This document shows, one piece after another, positions 37,864 through 47,567 of a DNA stretch of 64,000 bases. The stretch spans positions 24,824-88,823 of the forward strand of contig PLLJ01000023.1 in NCBI GenBank assembly GCA_003140935.1, written 5' to 3'. Origin of the DNA: Candidatus Omnitrophota bacterium. GTDB lineage: Bacteria; Omnitrophota; Omnitrophia; Omnitrophales; Aquincolibacteriaceae. Position numbers and translations under genes: made by a program. The notes under the pieces were generated by a model. The model was not told the origin of the DNA. It ran no database searches and saw nothing but the letters and a program-made list of their open reading frames with translations. Positions within the stretch are counted from its first letter, which is position 1. Each line of letters opens with the position of its first letter.

Positions 37864-38693
37864 AACAACTTTACGCAGTGCCCCACGACGCGGTCCGGAA
37901 CGTCGATTCAGAAAGTCTCGAGGCCGTACTGCCTCTGGAGCGTATGCGGAATGTACTGCCCATTCTCGGAAAGTATTTTGGCGCGCCTTTAAAACCGCCG
38001 GCGCAAAGTCCGACGGCCGAGATGAAAGAGGTCGCGGGGCCGTGTGGCGGGATCCGGGAGGACCAGACGCTCTATTATTCGGAGCGAAAAGGAAAATTCG
38101 AATTTGCCGCTTTATGGCCTTGGAAAGATGGAGAACACGTCACCTTGAAGATCTTGGCGGGGGCAAGGTCATCCCTGGCGGATCCGGCTTTACGCGGCAA
38201 ACAGGAATCCGCGGAAAAGAATACGGAAGTCCAGGTTCCAATTGCGGAGGTGCAGAACTCAACGATCGAAGTCCTGGTCTTGGGTCCTCAGATGCAATGG
38301 GCGGGGAATATCCTGAAAATTCTCGGGGAGGACGGTTTTAAGGTCCGCGCGGAGTACGGACGCTTGGGCCTTGACGGTCTGTTCCGGCAAAAGGAGTATG
38401 CGCCCCAAGCGGTGCTTTTATATCTCTCCCGGATGAATTGGCCGGGTCCGGAAGTTGTGCCTCAGATCAAGGCGCAATGGCCGGAAACGAAACTGCTTGT
38501 TTATGCGGAAAGTGACATGCCCTGGAGGATTTCCCTTAACTCCATACGGGATGCCGATCTTTTTCACCGGGGGCATGAAGATTGGGCCCAACTTGGGGGC
38601 GTGATCAAAAAAGTACTGCAACAACGGTATGACACTGTAGAATATAAGCGTCTGAAGGTTCCGGAAAGGTCTCCAACCCGGCCCAGACGTTAA
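37842..38693 (+). CDS. Hypothetical protein with C-terminal receiver-like (pseudo-receiver) domain
   Basis: N-terminal FG.P.KP..GGIR..QTLY..LWPW block; C-terminal PQAVLLYL...G.EV...IK..WPETKLLVY. Confidence 0.6.
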   Translation: MRFSTMVKQLYAVPHDAVRNVDSESLEAVLPLERMRNVLPILGKYFGAPLKPPAQSPTAEMKEVAGPCGGIREDQTLYYSERKGKFEFAALWPWKDGEHVTLKILAGARSSLADPALRGKQESAEKNTEVQVPIAEVQNSTIEVLVLGPQMQWAGNILKILGEDGFKVRAEYGRLGLDGLFRQKEYAPQAVLLYLSRMNWPGPEVVPQIKAQWPETKLLVYAESDMPWRISLNSIRDADLFHRGHEDWAQLGGVIKKVLQQRYDTVEYKRLKVPERSPTRPRR

Positions 38694-38748
38694 GTAAAAA
38701 AATACCTTGAGGTCAACGGTCACTGAATGAATAGATTTAGGAGGAAAA

Positions 38749-39210
38749 ATGCGTAGCATAAAAGGTCATTCAAAATTGGATCCGCAAAAAATAAAAAAAC
38801 GGGCTAACGAGATCTGGAAGAGGAAACGCGAGGCGCTTAACACAGCGCTCGATGACTGGCTTCAGGCAGAACGGGAGCTCAAGATCCAGAACGGCCTCAA
38901 GGACAAGAACCCCAGTCAGTATACCTCCGAAGATGTCACCAAGATCAGAGAACGGGCGCAGGCGATACGTGAAGAGAAAGTGAAGTCCCTGCGAACGGCA
39001 TTTGACGACTGGATCGAGGCGGAGAAAGAACTCACGGAGGAATTAAAGAAGAAAAAGATCGACCTCCGGGATCTTTTTGATATGTGGTTCAAGAAAATAT
39101 CGCCTCGCGTTGATGAGCTGCTGGACGGAGACCTCACCATCCAGCGTGGCATTTTCGATGATGAGCTTGGAAAAGAATACGTTGAATTAATGATGGAATG
39201 CGTGAAGTGA
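38749..39210 (+). CDS. Tandem DUF2934-like protein
   Basis: Two I..RA..I........DW..AE.EL units; AGGAGG RBS. Confidence 0.75.
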   Translation: MRSIKGHSKLDPQKIKKRANEIWKRKREALNTALDDWLQAERELKIQNGLKDKNPSQYTSEDVTKIRERAQAIREEKVKSLRTAFDDWIEAEKELTEELKKKKIDLRDLFDMWFKKISPRVDELLDGDLTIQRGIFDDELGKEYVELMMECVK

Positions 39211-39323
39211 GCCGTAAGACGTAAACAAAGGCAGGAATCGTATTCTTCCGGGCAGATTTTTAAATCGTTTTAGAGGACCTCTTTTCCCGACAAGCGTCTT
39301 TCCGTGTTTGAGAATCCTTTCAA

Positions 39324-41099
39324 ATGAAGATCTTTTGCCGGAACAATCTCGATAAAGCCGTTTCTCCTTACCTTCGCCAGCACAAGGATAATCCTGTTTG
39401 GTGGCAGGAGTGGAGCGACAAGGCGGTCGCCTATGCCCGGGAAACAGGAAAATTCATTTTTGTTTCAGTCGGATATGCGACGTGCCACTGGTGCCATGTC
39501 ATGGCGAAAGAGGCTTTTTCGGATCCGGAAGCGGCGGCTTATCTGAACAAGCATTTTGTCTCGATCAAGGTGGACCGGGAAATGCGGCCCGATATCGATC
39601 ACTTTCTGATGTCTTATTTGGTCGCGATCCAGGGACAGGGAGGCTGGCCGCTCAACGCTTTCCTGACCCCCGACTTGCGGCCGGTTTATGCCCTGACCTA
39701 CGCGCCCCTAAGATCCCGCCAGGGACTCCCGGATTTTCTTGAGATCTTGAAGCAGATCAAGAAATTTCACGATCAAAATACAGAGCCTGTCGAAGCTTTC
39801 TCTGTCCCGGCCCCGGTCTCGGTCCCAAAATCCGAAAATGAAGTGAGTCAAAGACTCCAACAGAGTTTTGACCCGGAATATGGCGGATTCGGGATGGGAC
39901 AAAAATTTCCGCCATTTTGCACGCTGCTTTTTATGCTTTCTTACGGGGGAGTCGTTCAGGACACATCCTTGCTCCACATGTGCACTTTGACCCTGGATCG
40001 GATGGCACAAGGAGGATTGCACGATCATCTGCAGGGAGGTTTCTTTCGCTACTGCGTTGACCGGGAGTGGACGATCCCTCATTTTGAAAAAATGTTGTAT
40101 GACCAAGCGATGGCCTTATGGGTTTATTCGCTGGCGTTCCGGGTTCTGAACAGGCCGGATTACGGGAAGATCGCGGAAAAGATCCTCCGCTGTCTGGACG
40201 AGACCTTTGCGGAAAACGGCCTCTATCTTTCGGCTCTCGATGCGGATACGGACCATGAAGAGGGGGCAACGTATCTATGGGGGGAGAAAGAGCTGCGGAA
40301 ACTCTTAACCCCGGAAGAGTTCGAGCGATTTCGTACTGTTTATCAAATAAGCGCCGGAGGGAATTTTGAGGGCAGGAATCATCTCCTAAAAAAAGGGAAA
40401 GTCTCCGTGCAAGACATCGAGGAGAAACTACTTTGCGAAAGGAAGAAAAGAAAGCAACCTGAAACGGACAAAAAGCTGATCACGAGTCAAAATGCGCTTG
40501 CCGGTATCGCATTGATCCACGCTTACCGTTTTTTGGGCCGGAGGGATTGCCTTGAGAGATCCGGTCTTATTGCCCGGCAGCTCATGAAACGGCATATTCG
40601 GAAAGGCAGGCTGTCCCACAGCTCCTGCGGAGGAGCGCTGCAACGGGAGGAATTCCTTCAGGATGTCGCGGGTCTTCTCCTGTTATTGACTTATCTGCAT
40701 GAGGAGGACGGCGTTTACGGCAATGAGATCCGTATCTTTGAGAAAAAATTACGCGGATTCAAAAGGGAAGACGGATGGCTTGAGACCCGGCAAAACGATT
40801 TTGGGGAGATTCCCGCCGAGACGATCGATCAGCCGCTTCCCTCCAGTGTTTCCATGGCTGAACTTGCCCAAGTGCGCGTTGGCATTCTGGAGTCTGCCGG
40901 CATTCCGCCAGGGAATTTTAAAGAGCCGCACTGGAACGATTTTTACAACTACGCCGTACTCATCCGGAACGGTTATTTTCACGTTCTCACAACACCCGAA
41001 CGTCTCCCATGGCAAACACTACCAGTCCTAAGTATCCAGCTTAAGGGCAAAAAATTCCTGGATTGTTACCGCGGCGCCTGCCGCACGACCCTCTTGTAA
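39324..41099 (+). CDS. YyaL/DUF255 thioredoxin-domain protein
   Basis: SPYLRQH..NPV.W, CHWCHVM, KVDRE.RPD, GGWPL, PHFEKMLYDQ. Confidence 0.93.
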   Translation: MKIFCRNNLDKAVSPYLRQHKDNPVWWQEWSDKAVAYARETGKFIFVSVGYATCHWCHVMAKEAFSDPEAAAYLNKHFVSIKVDREMRPDIDHFLMSYLVAIQGQGGWPLNAFLTPDLRPVYALTYAPLRSRQGLPDFLEILKQIKKFHDQNTEPVEAFSVPAPVSVPKSENEVSQRLQQSFDPEYGGFGMGQKFPPFCTLLFMLSYGGVVQDTSLLHMCTLTLDRMAQGGLHDHLQGGFFRYCVDREWTIPHFEKMLYDQAMALWVYSLAFRVLNRPDYGKIAEKILRCLDETFAENGLYLSALDADTDHEEGATYLWGEKELRKLLTPEEFERFRTVYQISAGGNFEGRNHLLKKGKVSVQDIEEKLLCERKKRKQPETDKKLITSQNALAGIALIHAYRFLGRRDCLERSGLIARQLMKRHIRKGRLSHSSCGGALQREEFLQDVAGLLLLLTYLHEEDGVYGNEIRIFEKKLRGFKREDGWLETRQNDFGEIPAETIDQPLPSSVSMAELAQVRVGILESAGIPPGNFKEPHWNDFYNYAVLIRNGYFHVLTTPERLPWQTLPVLSIQLKGKKFLDCYRGACRTTLL

Positions 41100-41139
41100 T
41101 CTTCTCCAGCCTATCCGGGCAAGGGTATCCACCCGAGTA

Positions 41140-41200
41140 GAAAAAAATCTATTTTTTGCGGAAAAGCGTCCTTTAACAGACTGCGGTTTTGATTTAACGT
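41140..41200 (+). promoter_or_regulatory. Regulon motif copy 6 (variant) plus -10
   Basis: GAAAAAAATCTATTTTTTGCGGA, 32 nt, TAACGT at 41195. Confidence 0.6.
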
Positions 41201-41270
41201 GCGCATAGGCGTTTCTATCGCCCTGATTTTTTGAAAGTAACAGAAGATTTATTTCACAAAGGAGGAAAAA

Positions 41271-41570
41271 ATGAAAAAGAAGATCATCGCTTTGGCTTTA
41301 CTCGCGATATTTGTGCTGTCCGGCATGACGGCGCTTGTTTTTGCGAAAGAGAGCAAGGATATGGGAATGAGCAAAAATATGGCGGTGGTGGATGTCGGCA
41401 ATAAAATGTGTCCGCTGTTGGACGGCAAGGCTGATGGAAAGACGTTCATGGTTTACAAAGGAAAACGCTATGGTTTCTGTTGCCCGGGCTGTGAAAAAGA
41501 ATTCAAGAAAAACCCCGAGAAGTATATCGCCAAGCTCAAGGAAACTGAGAAGGATTTGAAAACGCTCTGA
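41271..41570 (+). CDS. Secreted YHS-domain protein
   Basis: Signal peptide; NKMCP, YKGKRYGFCCPGC..F..NPEKY. Confidence 0.88.
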   Translation: MKKKIIALALLAIFVLSGMTALVFAKESKDMGMSKNMAVVDVGNKMCPLLDGKADGKTFMVYKGKRYGFCCPGCEKEFKKNPEKYIAKLKETEKDLKTL

Positions 41571-41685
41571 AAGTGTATTGAATATAAACAGAGCAGGGGA
41601 AGAACAAATAATTCTTTGGTCTGTGGGTATGCCTTCCTGGGAGGGGTGGTGGCATTTTTTAAAAAAGGTTTATTTCAGGGCTGTG

Positions 41686-42330
41686 ATGTTTGATTCTGCC
41701 AGAAAAAAGATGGTCATGGAGCAGATCCTGTCACGTGGCGTGACGGATACGCAAGTCCTCGCGGCAATGCGAAAGGTTCCGAGGCACTTGTTCGTTCCCC
41801 TGAGCTGTCGCTCCCTGGCCTATGCGGATGGGGCCCTTTCGATCGGCGATGGTCAGACGATCTCCCAGCCGTACATTGTCGCGTTCATGACGCAAACGGC
41901 GCATGTTGGTTCCGGGTCCCGCGTGCTTGAGATCGGCACCGGATCGGGGTATCAGACCGCGATGCTGGCCGAGATCGCCAACGAGGTCTATTCCATCGAG
42001 ATCATCCAAGCCCTGGCGGATCAGGCAGTTACAAGATTAGCCAAACTCGGATACAAGAACGTGAAGATCAAGCAGGGGGACGGGTACAAAGGATGGCCTG
42101 AGCAAGCACCTTTCGATGCGATCATGGTCACCGCCGCGCCTCTCGAGGTTCCCAGTGACCTTCTCGGTCAATTGAAGGTGGGCGGTTGTATGGTGGTGCC
42201 CGTGGGGGACACTTATCAGGATCTTCGGCGCATCACGCGTACCGAGTCCGGTTTTGAAGAAGAATCTCTGATGTCTGTCGTATTCGTTCCGATGGTGACG
42301 GAAAAGAAAAATGAAAACTGTAGTTCGTAA
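41686..42330 (+). CDS. pcm: Protein-L-isoaspartate O-methyltransferase
   Basis: VPRHLFVP, GQTISQP, VLEIGTGSGYQ, APFDAI.VTAA. Confidence 0.95.
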   Translation: MFDSARKKMVMEQILSRGVTDTQVLAAMRKVPRHLFVPLSCRSLAYADGALSIGDGQTISQPYIVAFMTQTAHVGSGSRVLEIGTGSGYQTAMLAEIANEVYSIEIIQALADQAVTRLAKLGYKNVKIKQGDGYKGWPEQAPFDAIMVTAAPLEVPSDLLGQLKVGGCMVVPVGDTYQDLRRITRTESGFEEESLMSVVFVPMVTEKKNENCSS

Positions 42331-42342
42331 CAAGAAAGGGTG

Positions 42343-42403
42343 GAAAAAAAGCAGATATTTGTGGAAGAAGGGCCTACCCCGTGCATTTTGCATGAAGTAT
42401 CCT
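42343..42403 (+). promoter_or_regulatory. Regulon motif copy 7 (variant) plus -10
   Basis: GAAAAAAAGCAGATATTTGTGGA, 32 nt, TATCCT at 42398. Confidence 0.6.
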
Positions 42404-42473
42404 TCCACGGATTGAATTTTGAGATGCCGTTCGAAATTTGTCAAAAAAGTCTACTCAACCCAGGAGGGAGCGT

Positions 42474-42815
42474 ATGAAAAAAGCAATGGCGTTGTTAGTT
42501 GTGTTAGCGATGTTTTCCGGCTGTAGCACCACGACGGTAGCAAAAGATTTTAACAACCTCGGGACGCCGGACGGAAAAGCCGTTCACGTGAGTACCTCGA
42601 ACATGGCCCTTCACCTGCTGATGAACAAGCCTCTCTCCGGAGATGCGAGTCTGGAAAAAACCGTGGCTGACTTCACAGCTGCGGCAAAAAATGAAGGTGC
42701 TTCCAAAGTGCGTATCGTGCAGTCTAATGTCAGCAAACTTTGGTATCTGCTTCCTCCCATCACTTTAGTGATCACGCCCGTTCTCAGCAACGTGGCGGGA
42801 GATGCAATCAGCTAA
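42474..42815 (+). CDS. Hypothetical lipoprotein
   Basis: AGGAGG RBS; MKK...FSGC lipobox. Confidence 0.8.
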   Translation: MKKAMALLVVLAMFSGCSTTTVAKDFNNLGTPDGKAVHVSTSNMALHLLMNKPLSGDASLEKTVADFTAAAKNEGASKVRIVQSNVSKLWYLLPPITLVITPVLSNVAGDAIS

Positions 42816-42841
42816 GTTTGTTGACCGGTTCCTGTTGGTCG

Positions 42842-42888
42842 GGGGGCAGGTTGTTTTCCGGAGAGCCGGGGGCAGCCTGCTCCCTTTT
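42842..42888 (+). terminator. Rho-independent terminator
   Basis: gggggcaggttg...cagcctgctccc followed by tttt. Confidence 0.65.
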
Positions 42889-43010
42889 CGTTTGTGATTT
42901 GTATCCCACGGGCGAATATCAAGACGCCGTTCATCTTCAGGCCTTCCTTTCTCGCATCATGAACCCCGCCAAAGGTCTGTGAGGCACTCCATCTCTTAGA
43001 GAGCCTGATG

Positions 43011-43070
43011 GAAAAAAGTCGGAAAAAAGAGGAACCATCCTATTTCCTTTTTTCCCTCTCCTATCATTAT
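43011..43070 (+). promoter_or_regulatory. Regulon motif copy 8 plus -10
   Basis: GAAAAAAGTCGGAAAAAAGAGGA, 31 nt, CATTAT at 43065. Confidence 0.75.
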
Positions 43071-43119
43071 GTCCCTGTAATGAGGAGACCGGACGGGTAT
43101 CGTCTCCGAAGGAGGACCC

Positions 43120-43521
43120 ATGGATCCTAAAAAAGAGCGCATTACAGTGTTGGTCGTCGACAACGATAAAGATTTTTTGGCAGAAGTGAGCGAATCGTTG
43201 GATGGCAGCGGTTACACAGCGGTGGCCGTGAACGATCCGATGATTGCCTTGATGGAGATCGAGAGAGTGAAACCGGACGTCGTCCTTTTGGATCTTCAGA
43301 TGCCCGGGAAAAGCGGGTTGGAAATCGGCTATGAGATCAGAAGGAGACCGCAGTTTGCACGTACGCCCATTCTGGCGCTCAGCGGTATTTTTCCGGGCTC
43401 GGATATTCCCTTGCCGGAAGTGTGGGGTGTCAAACATTGTCTCAACAAACCTTTTCACCCCTCAGAATTGATCTGCGCGATCGAAAAGATTTTGGCGAAG
43501 CAAACGGCTCTGATCAACTAA
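43120..43521 (+). CDS. Single-domain response regulator
   Basis: VVDND, LLDLQMPG, ALSG, NKPF. Confidence 0.9.
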   Translation: MDPKKERITVLVVDNDKDFLAEVSESLDGSGYTAVAVNDPMIALMEIERVKPDVVLLDLQMPGKSGLEIGYEIRRRPQFARTPILALSGIFPGSDIPLPEVWGVKHCLNKPFHPSELICAIEKILAKQTALIN

Positions 43522-43751
43522 GGTGTCACCCGTGAATGATGGCTGGGTGTTGGCAGTATGACGTGGCTAGAAAAGGTTACGGATCGCAGGAGCCGCTACA
43601 CCCGTTTTGTCCGGGTTGATCTGGGCCTAGACCGGGTAGAACGCGTATTGGCACCACATAGAAGGTTTCATGGAGCGGTAGGCTAACAGCGACTCAGCTA
43701 GTGAGAAGCGCAGCTGCGTTGTTGAACGATTTTTGAACCGGGAGATAAAAA

Positions 43752-44795
43752 ATGTACCAGACCAAAGCTTATGCCGCAAAGAGTGCCGTTAGTCCGCTAG
43801 CTCCTTTTGAAATCGACCGTCGCGCCGTCGGGCCGCACGATGTTTTGATCGACATCCGTTTCTGCGGGATCTGTCATTCGGACATTCACCAGGTCCGCGA
43901 TGAATGGGGCCATTCGCTTTACCCGATGGTCCCGGGGCATGAGATCGTGGGCATTGTCGCGCAAGCCGGGGCCCAAGTAAAAAAGTTTAAGTCGGGCGAC
44001 AAGGTTGGCGTGGGATGTCTTGTGGAATCGTGCCGCGAATGCTCCGAATGTCAGGAGGGGTATCAACAGTACTGTGACCACCCCGTCTTTACCTACAGCA
44101 GCAAAGAAAAAGACGGCAAGACACTGACCCAGGGAGGCTACTCGACCCGGATCGTCGTGAATGAGGATTTTGTGCTCCGGTTGCCGGAAAACCTCCCGAT
44201 GGATGCCACGGCACCGCTTCTTTGCGCCGGGATCACCACATATTCGCCGCTCCGTCACTGGAAGGCGGGTCCCGGAAAAAAGGTCGGGGTGATCGGACTT
44301 GGCGGGCTGGGGCACATGGCAGTCAAAATCGCGCATGCCATGAGCGCTGAGGTCTCTGTTCTGAGCCGCTCCCGCAAAAAAGAGACGGATGCAAAAAGGC
44401 TCGGTGCGGCCGGTTATTACGCGATGGGGGAGGAAGAGGCGTTCGGGAAATTGGCGGGAACCTTCGATCTGATCCTTTGCACGGTCTCTGCAGACGTGGA
44501 CTGGAACCGGTACCTTAAAACTCTCAAGAGGGACGGGACCATGGTCGTGTTGGGCGTTCCTCCTGAAGCTCAGGCCGTGCAAGCGGAAAATCTGATCTTC
44601 GGGCGGCATAGCCTGTCGGGATCTCTGATCGGCGGGATCCGAGAGACTCAGGAAATGCTGGATTTTTGCGGGAATCACGGGATCGTGTCGGAGATCGAAA
44701 TAATCCCGATCCAGAAGGTCAACGAAGCGTACGAACGTGTCATCAAGGGCGACGTGAAATTCCGTTTTGTGATCGACCTTGCTTCGTTGAAATAG
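43752..44795 (+). CDS. Zn-dependent NADPH alcohol dehydrogenase (YahK/cinnamyl-ADH type)
   Basis: CGICHSD, PGHEIVG, C..C..C, APLLCAGIT, GLGGLG. Confidence 0.95.
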   Translation: MYQTKAYAAKSAVSPLAPFEIDRRAVGPHDVLIDIRFCGICHSDIHQVRDEWGHSLYPMVPGHEIVGIVAQAGAQVKKFKSGDKVGVGCLVESCRECSECQEGYQQYCDHPVFTYSSKEKDGKTLTQGGYSTRIVVNEDFVLRLPENLPMDATAPLLCAGITTYSPLRHWKAGPGKKVGVIGLGGLGHMAVKIAHAMSAEVSVLSRSRKKETDAKRLGAAGYYAMGEEEAFGKLAGTFDLILCTVSADVDWNRYLKTLKRDGTMVVLGVPPEAQAVQAENLIFGRHSLSGSLIGGIRETQEMLDFCGNHGIVSEIEIIPIQKVNEAYERVIKGDVKFRFVIDLASLK

Positions 44796-44824
44796 AGTCA
44801 GACGAGGGATCAACCAAAGAGGGG

Positions 44825-45028
44825 ATGATGGAAGGCATCGCGAAACAGGAAACAAAGACGAAACCTTGTTGCTGCACGGCGCTTATCGGAGCGCTTGTGA
44901 TCTTGTTCGCCTGGTGGAAGGTCGCCTGGGGAGCGATCGTGACGATCTTGGGTATCGTTATTATTTTAAAAGAATTGATCAACCGGTGCTGCTACTTTTC
45001 GATCTGTAAGCCCAAGGCCGGTCCATAG
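44825..45028 (+). CDS. Small two-TM protein with Cys clusters
   Basis: GAGGGG RBS; PCCC-hydrophobic hairpin-RCC..C. Confidence 0.6.
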   Translation: MMEGIAKQETKTKPCCCTALIGALVILFAWWKVAWGAIVTILGIVIILKELINRCCYFSICKPKAGP

Positions 45029-45085
45029 CAGAATAACGGAACAGATCTGACGCAAAATGAATTTGAAAAATAAGGGGGTCTTCCC

Positions 45086-45451
45086 ATGCTGATCTTGGCA
45101 AAGTTAATCGGCCTTTTGGTCGCAACCTTTGGCCTTACCCTATTCGTTTTACCGCGATTTACAGAAAAGGTCTTCGATTTTATGAAAGAAGGAAAGCGTC
45201 TCTATTGGGCGGGAGTGGTCCGTTCCTTGATCGGTCTGATCCTTCTGATGGGGGCTCCGCAAAGTGCCCTGCCGGTCGCGACAGTCTCGGTCGGAGTGAT
45301 CTTTCTTCTGAGCGGTATTATCGTGTTTGCCTGCGACCTGGAGAAGCTGAAAGGTTTTTTTGCCCACTACATTGAGCTGTCTGCGGTTGTCACCCGGCTT
45401 CTCGGTCTGGTGGTCGCCTGTTTTGGGATACTGATCTTTTCGATCGCTTGA
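45086..45451 (+). CDS. Hypothetical four-TM membrane protein
   Basis: Four hydrophobic segments; AGGGGG RBS. Confidence 0.7.
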   Translation: MLILAKLIGLLVATFGLTLFVLPRFTEKVFDFMKEGKRLYWAGVVRSLIGLILLMGAPQSALPVATVSVGVIFLLSGIIVFACDLEKLKGFFAHYIELSAVVTRLLGLVVACFGILIFSIA

Positions 45452-45455
45452 ATTT

Positions 45456-46721
45456 TTAACGGGAAGGGTCTTTGGGGCACCGTGCCTGTCCGGCGCGAAT
45501 GAACTTCAGGCGTTGTTTGTAGCTGTGGAGAAATCTCCGTTTTGCCGCCTTCATTTTTAGCTTTGCGAGGCGCAAAAAATTCTTGTAGATCTTGGGGATC
45601 TTTCCGTGGAATAGGTCCTGATATTCTCCCGATCGCTTCTTCCATGTCAAAAACCTCGAGTGCAGGATGTTATAACTGACCTCGAGGTCCTCATAATAAT
45701 GCTCCAAGTGCGTGGGTTTTCCGACGCCTGCCATCAAATTCCGCAACCGCTGCTGGTTCGTTTCAAGCCGTGCCTCCATGATCTCGAATTTTGACTTCCG
45801 GTACAGTCCCGAGGCCAGGCCGACCATTGATAAGAGAGCGATCAGCCACTTCGTCAAGTCCCAATGGTACCAGGAGACCCCGTTTCGGTAATCATTCTGG
45901 AAACGGTGGTGATAATTATGGTGTCCTTCTCCGTTCGTGAAGAGGGCTACGATCCAGTTGTCTTTGGCCGTGGATTGGATGTCGTACGGTTCTTTTCCGA
46001 ACGCGTGGCAGACAGAGTTCACGCAAAAGGTCGCGTGATGGACCATAACGAGCCTTGTGCAAACACAAAATATGAACGCGCCCAGAAGTTGACCCTGGGA
46101 AAACCCGATTAGGAGAGGCAACGCGACGCCCGAGGCAAGCGCCCAAAGATAATAGTGATCGTTTTGATGCGCGAGAAGCGGGTTCTTTCTGAGGTCCCGA
46201 ACATTATCGAAGTTAAATGTATGATCCCAGAAGAGCAGCCATCCTATGTGGGAGTAAAAGAAACCTTTTCCGATGCTGTAGGGGTCCAGATCCGTCGCCA
46301 CAAAGCGATGATGGTTGCGGTGCTGAGAAGACCACCGGATCGCGGATTGTTGAAAGGCGCCTGCGCCAAAGAAGAGAAAGAAGAGCTGGACGATCGGATG
46401 TGCTTTATACGCGCGGTGGGAAAAAAGACGGTGATAACCGGCGCTAATGCTGATACTGGTGGCAATCAAGAATAAGAAGATCAACCAAAAGAGGGAGGGC
46501 TGAAAACCATAGCGTGAAAGATAGAAAGGACCGCCGATCAGGGCTATGACTGCGGTCGAGACGAAAAAGAGGATGTTCTCCGGAATGATCTTTCGGACAG
46601 GGGCTTTGAGACCATTGTGGCCATTCTTAGAATCGTTGTGATTGTTAGGGCTCACCTGAATCCTCGGGACTTCAGACTGTTGCTTCAAGCCTTCCCAAAA
46701 ACAGCGGAAAAATTCTATCAC
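45456..46721 (-). CDS. Delta-9-type acyl-CoA/acyl-lipid desaturase
   Basis: His boxes GYHRLFSH, HRNHH, GEGHHNYHH. Confidence 0.93.
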   Translation of the reverse strand: MIEFFRCFWEGLKQQSEVPRIQVSPNNHNDSKNGHNGLKAPVRKIIPENILFFVSTAVIALIGGPFYLSRYGFQPSLFWLIFLFLIATSISISAGYHRLFSHRAYKAHPIVQLFFLFFGAGAFQQSAIRWSSQHRNHHRFVATDLDPYSIGKGFFYSHIGWLLFWDHTFNFDNVRDLRKNPLLAHQNDHYYLWALASGVALPLLIGFSQGQLLGAFIFCVCTRLVMVHHATFCVNSVCHAFGKEPYDIQSTAKDNWIVALFTNGEGHHNYHHRFQNDYRNGVSWYHWDLTKWLIALLSMVGLASGLYRKSKFEIMEARLETNQQRLRNLMAGVGKPTHLEHYYEDLEVSYNILHSRFLTWKKRSGEYQDLFHGKIPKIYKNFLRLAKLKMKAAKRRFLHSYKQRLKFIRAGQARCPKDPSR

Positions 46722-46876
46722 AAAGTAAAAAAATCTGTAAAGGACAAAACTCTTTGGATGGCACCTTTTGCCTTTTAAAGTAGAGAAAGATCAGAAAAAA
46801 GATCGCTCGGGTCATGGCAAAAGATCTTGCGAAGATGTTCGCTGGCTCCGTGATTCCCAGCCGCGGTTTTCAAAAA

Positions 46877-47215
46877 TTATTTCAACGGTTTTTGCATCCC
46901 AGACTGCGGTGTGTCGTCTTTTCTGATGTCCGCCGGTTCAACAGGCCGTTGCTGACCAACCACCACGGCATCGAGTTGCAGGTGCTCGATATCACTTAGA
47001 GAGATCCACTGAGGCTTCAAGGACCTGTCGTCCGGCTGAAAATAGACCATAGTCCGGTTCCCATTCCATGCGGCGATGGTTCCTTTCAACGTTTTGCCAT
47101 TTTTCAATAAGATCGTTTCACCGGCCAACCCCGTGACCGGGAGGATCAAGCACACGAAAACAGCCCATCCCAGGAAGCATGCGGTGCATTTTTTTAGAGG
47201 GTGGAGCCGGCTCAT
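46877..47215 (-). CDS. Hypothetical secreted protein
   Basis: GGAGG RBS; signal peptide then ETILLKNGKTLKGTI beta motif. Confidence 0.6.
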   Translation of the reverse strand: MSRLHPLKKCTACFLGWAVFVCLILPVTGLAGETILLKNGKTLKGTIAAWNGNRTMVYFQPDDRSLKPQWISLSDIEHLQLDAVVVGQQRPVEPADIRKDDTPQSGMQKPLK

Positions 47216-47246
47216 TTTAAACTTCCTCCGAATTTCTTTTTCACGA

Positions 47247-47435
47247 TCAGTCCGTGGATTCCGCATAGAAATCCCGGATCTCTCCCGACGAGAATTCGGC
47301 GCGTATTCGAATAGGGCGGCAGCAAACTTCACAGTCCTGGACAAACTCCTGCCGTTTGCCGTTCGTGACATCAAGCCGTATACAGAGCGTCTGGCCGCAA
47401 TAAGGACATAAAAAGTTCCGATCGTTCTCGATCAT
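47247..47435 (-). CDS. CPXCG-motif cysteine-rich protein
   Basis: CPYCG...Q.FVQDCEVCCRPI. Confidence 0.88.
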   Translation of the reverse strand: MIENDRNFLCPYCGQTLCIRLDVTNGKRQEFVQDCEVCCRPIRIRAEFSSGEIRDFYAESTD

Positions 47436-47567
47436 AAAATCATCTGGTCCCGTAGAGAGGGTGTGTTTTCCACAAACTATTCATCAAGCAAAAATACGGC
47501 CCATCTCCGTTCCAATAATACGCTGCAGAGAAAAAAATTTCTAGGGGCATTATCCACTAACTTTATG

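Noticed and set aside
39255-39315. Possible regulon motif upstream of the YyaL gene (…GAGGA, 32 nt, GAGAAT)
   Set aside because: The first box does not match and the -10 is weak, so it was not counted.
43797-44855. 352-aa antisense ORF
   Set aside because: Shadow of the alcohol dehydrogenase.
45456-46721. Desaturase as the pterin-dependent enzyme (alkylglycerol monooxygenase-like)
   Set aside because: The His-box context is that of ordinary delta-9 desaturases, and it is on the opposite strand from the pterin operon.
46783-46805. GAGAAAGATCAGAAAAAAGATCG, motif-like
   Set aside because: Lacks GGA, has no -10 at the fixed distance and points away from the neighbouring genes.
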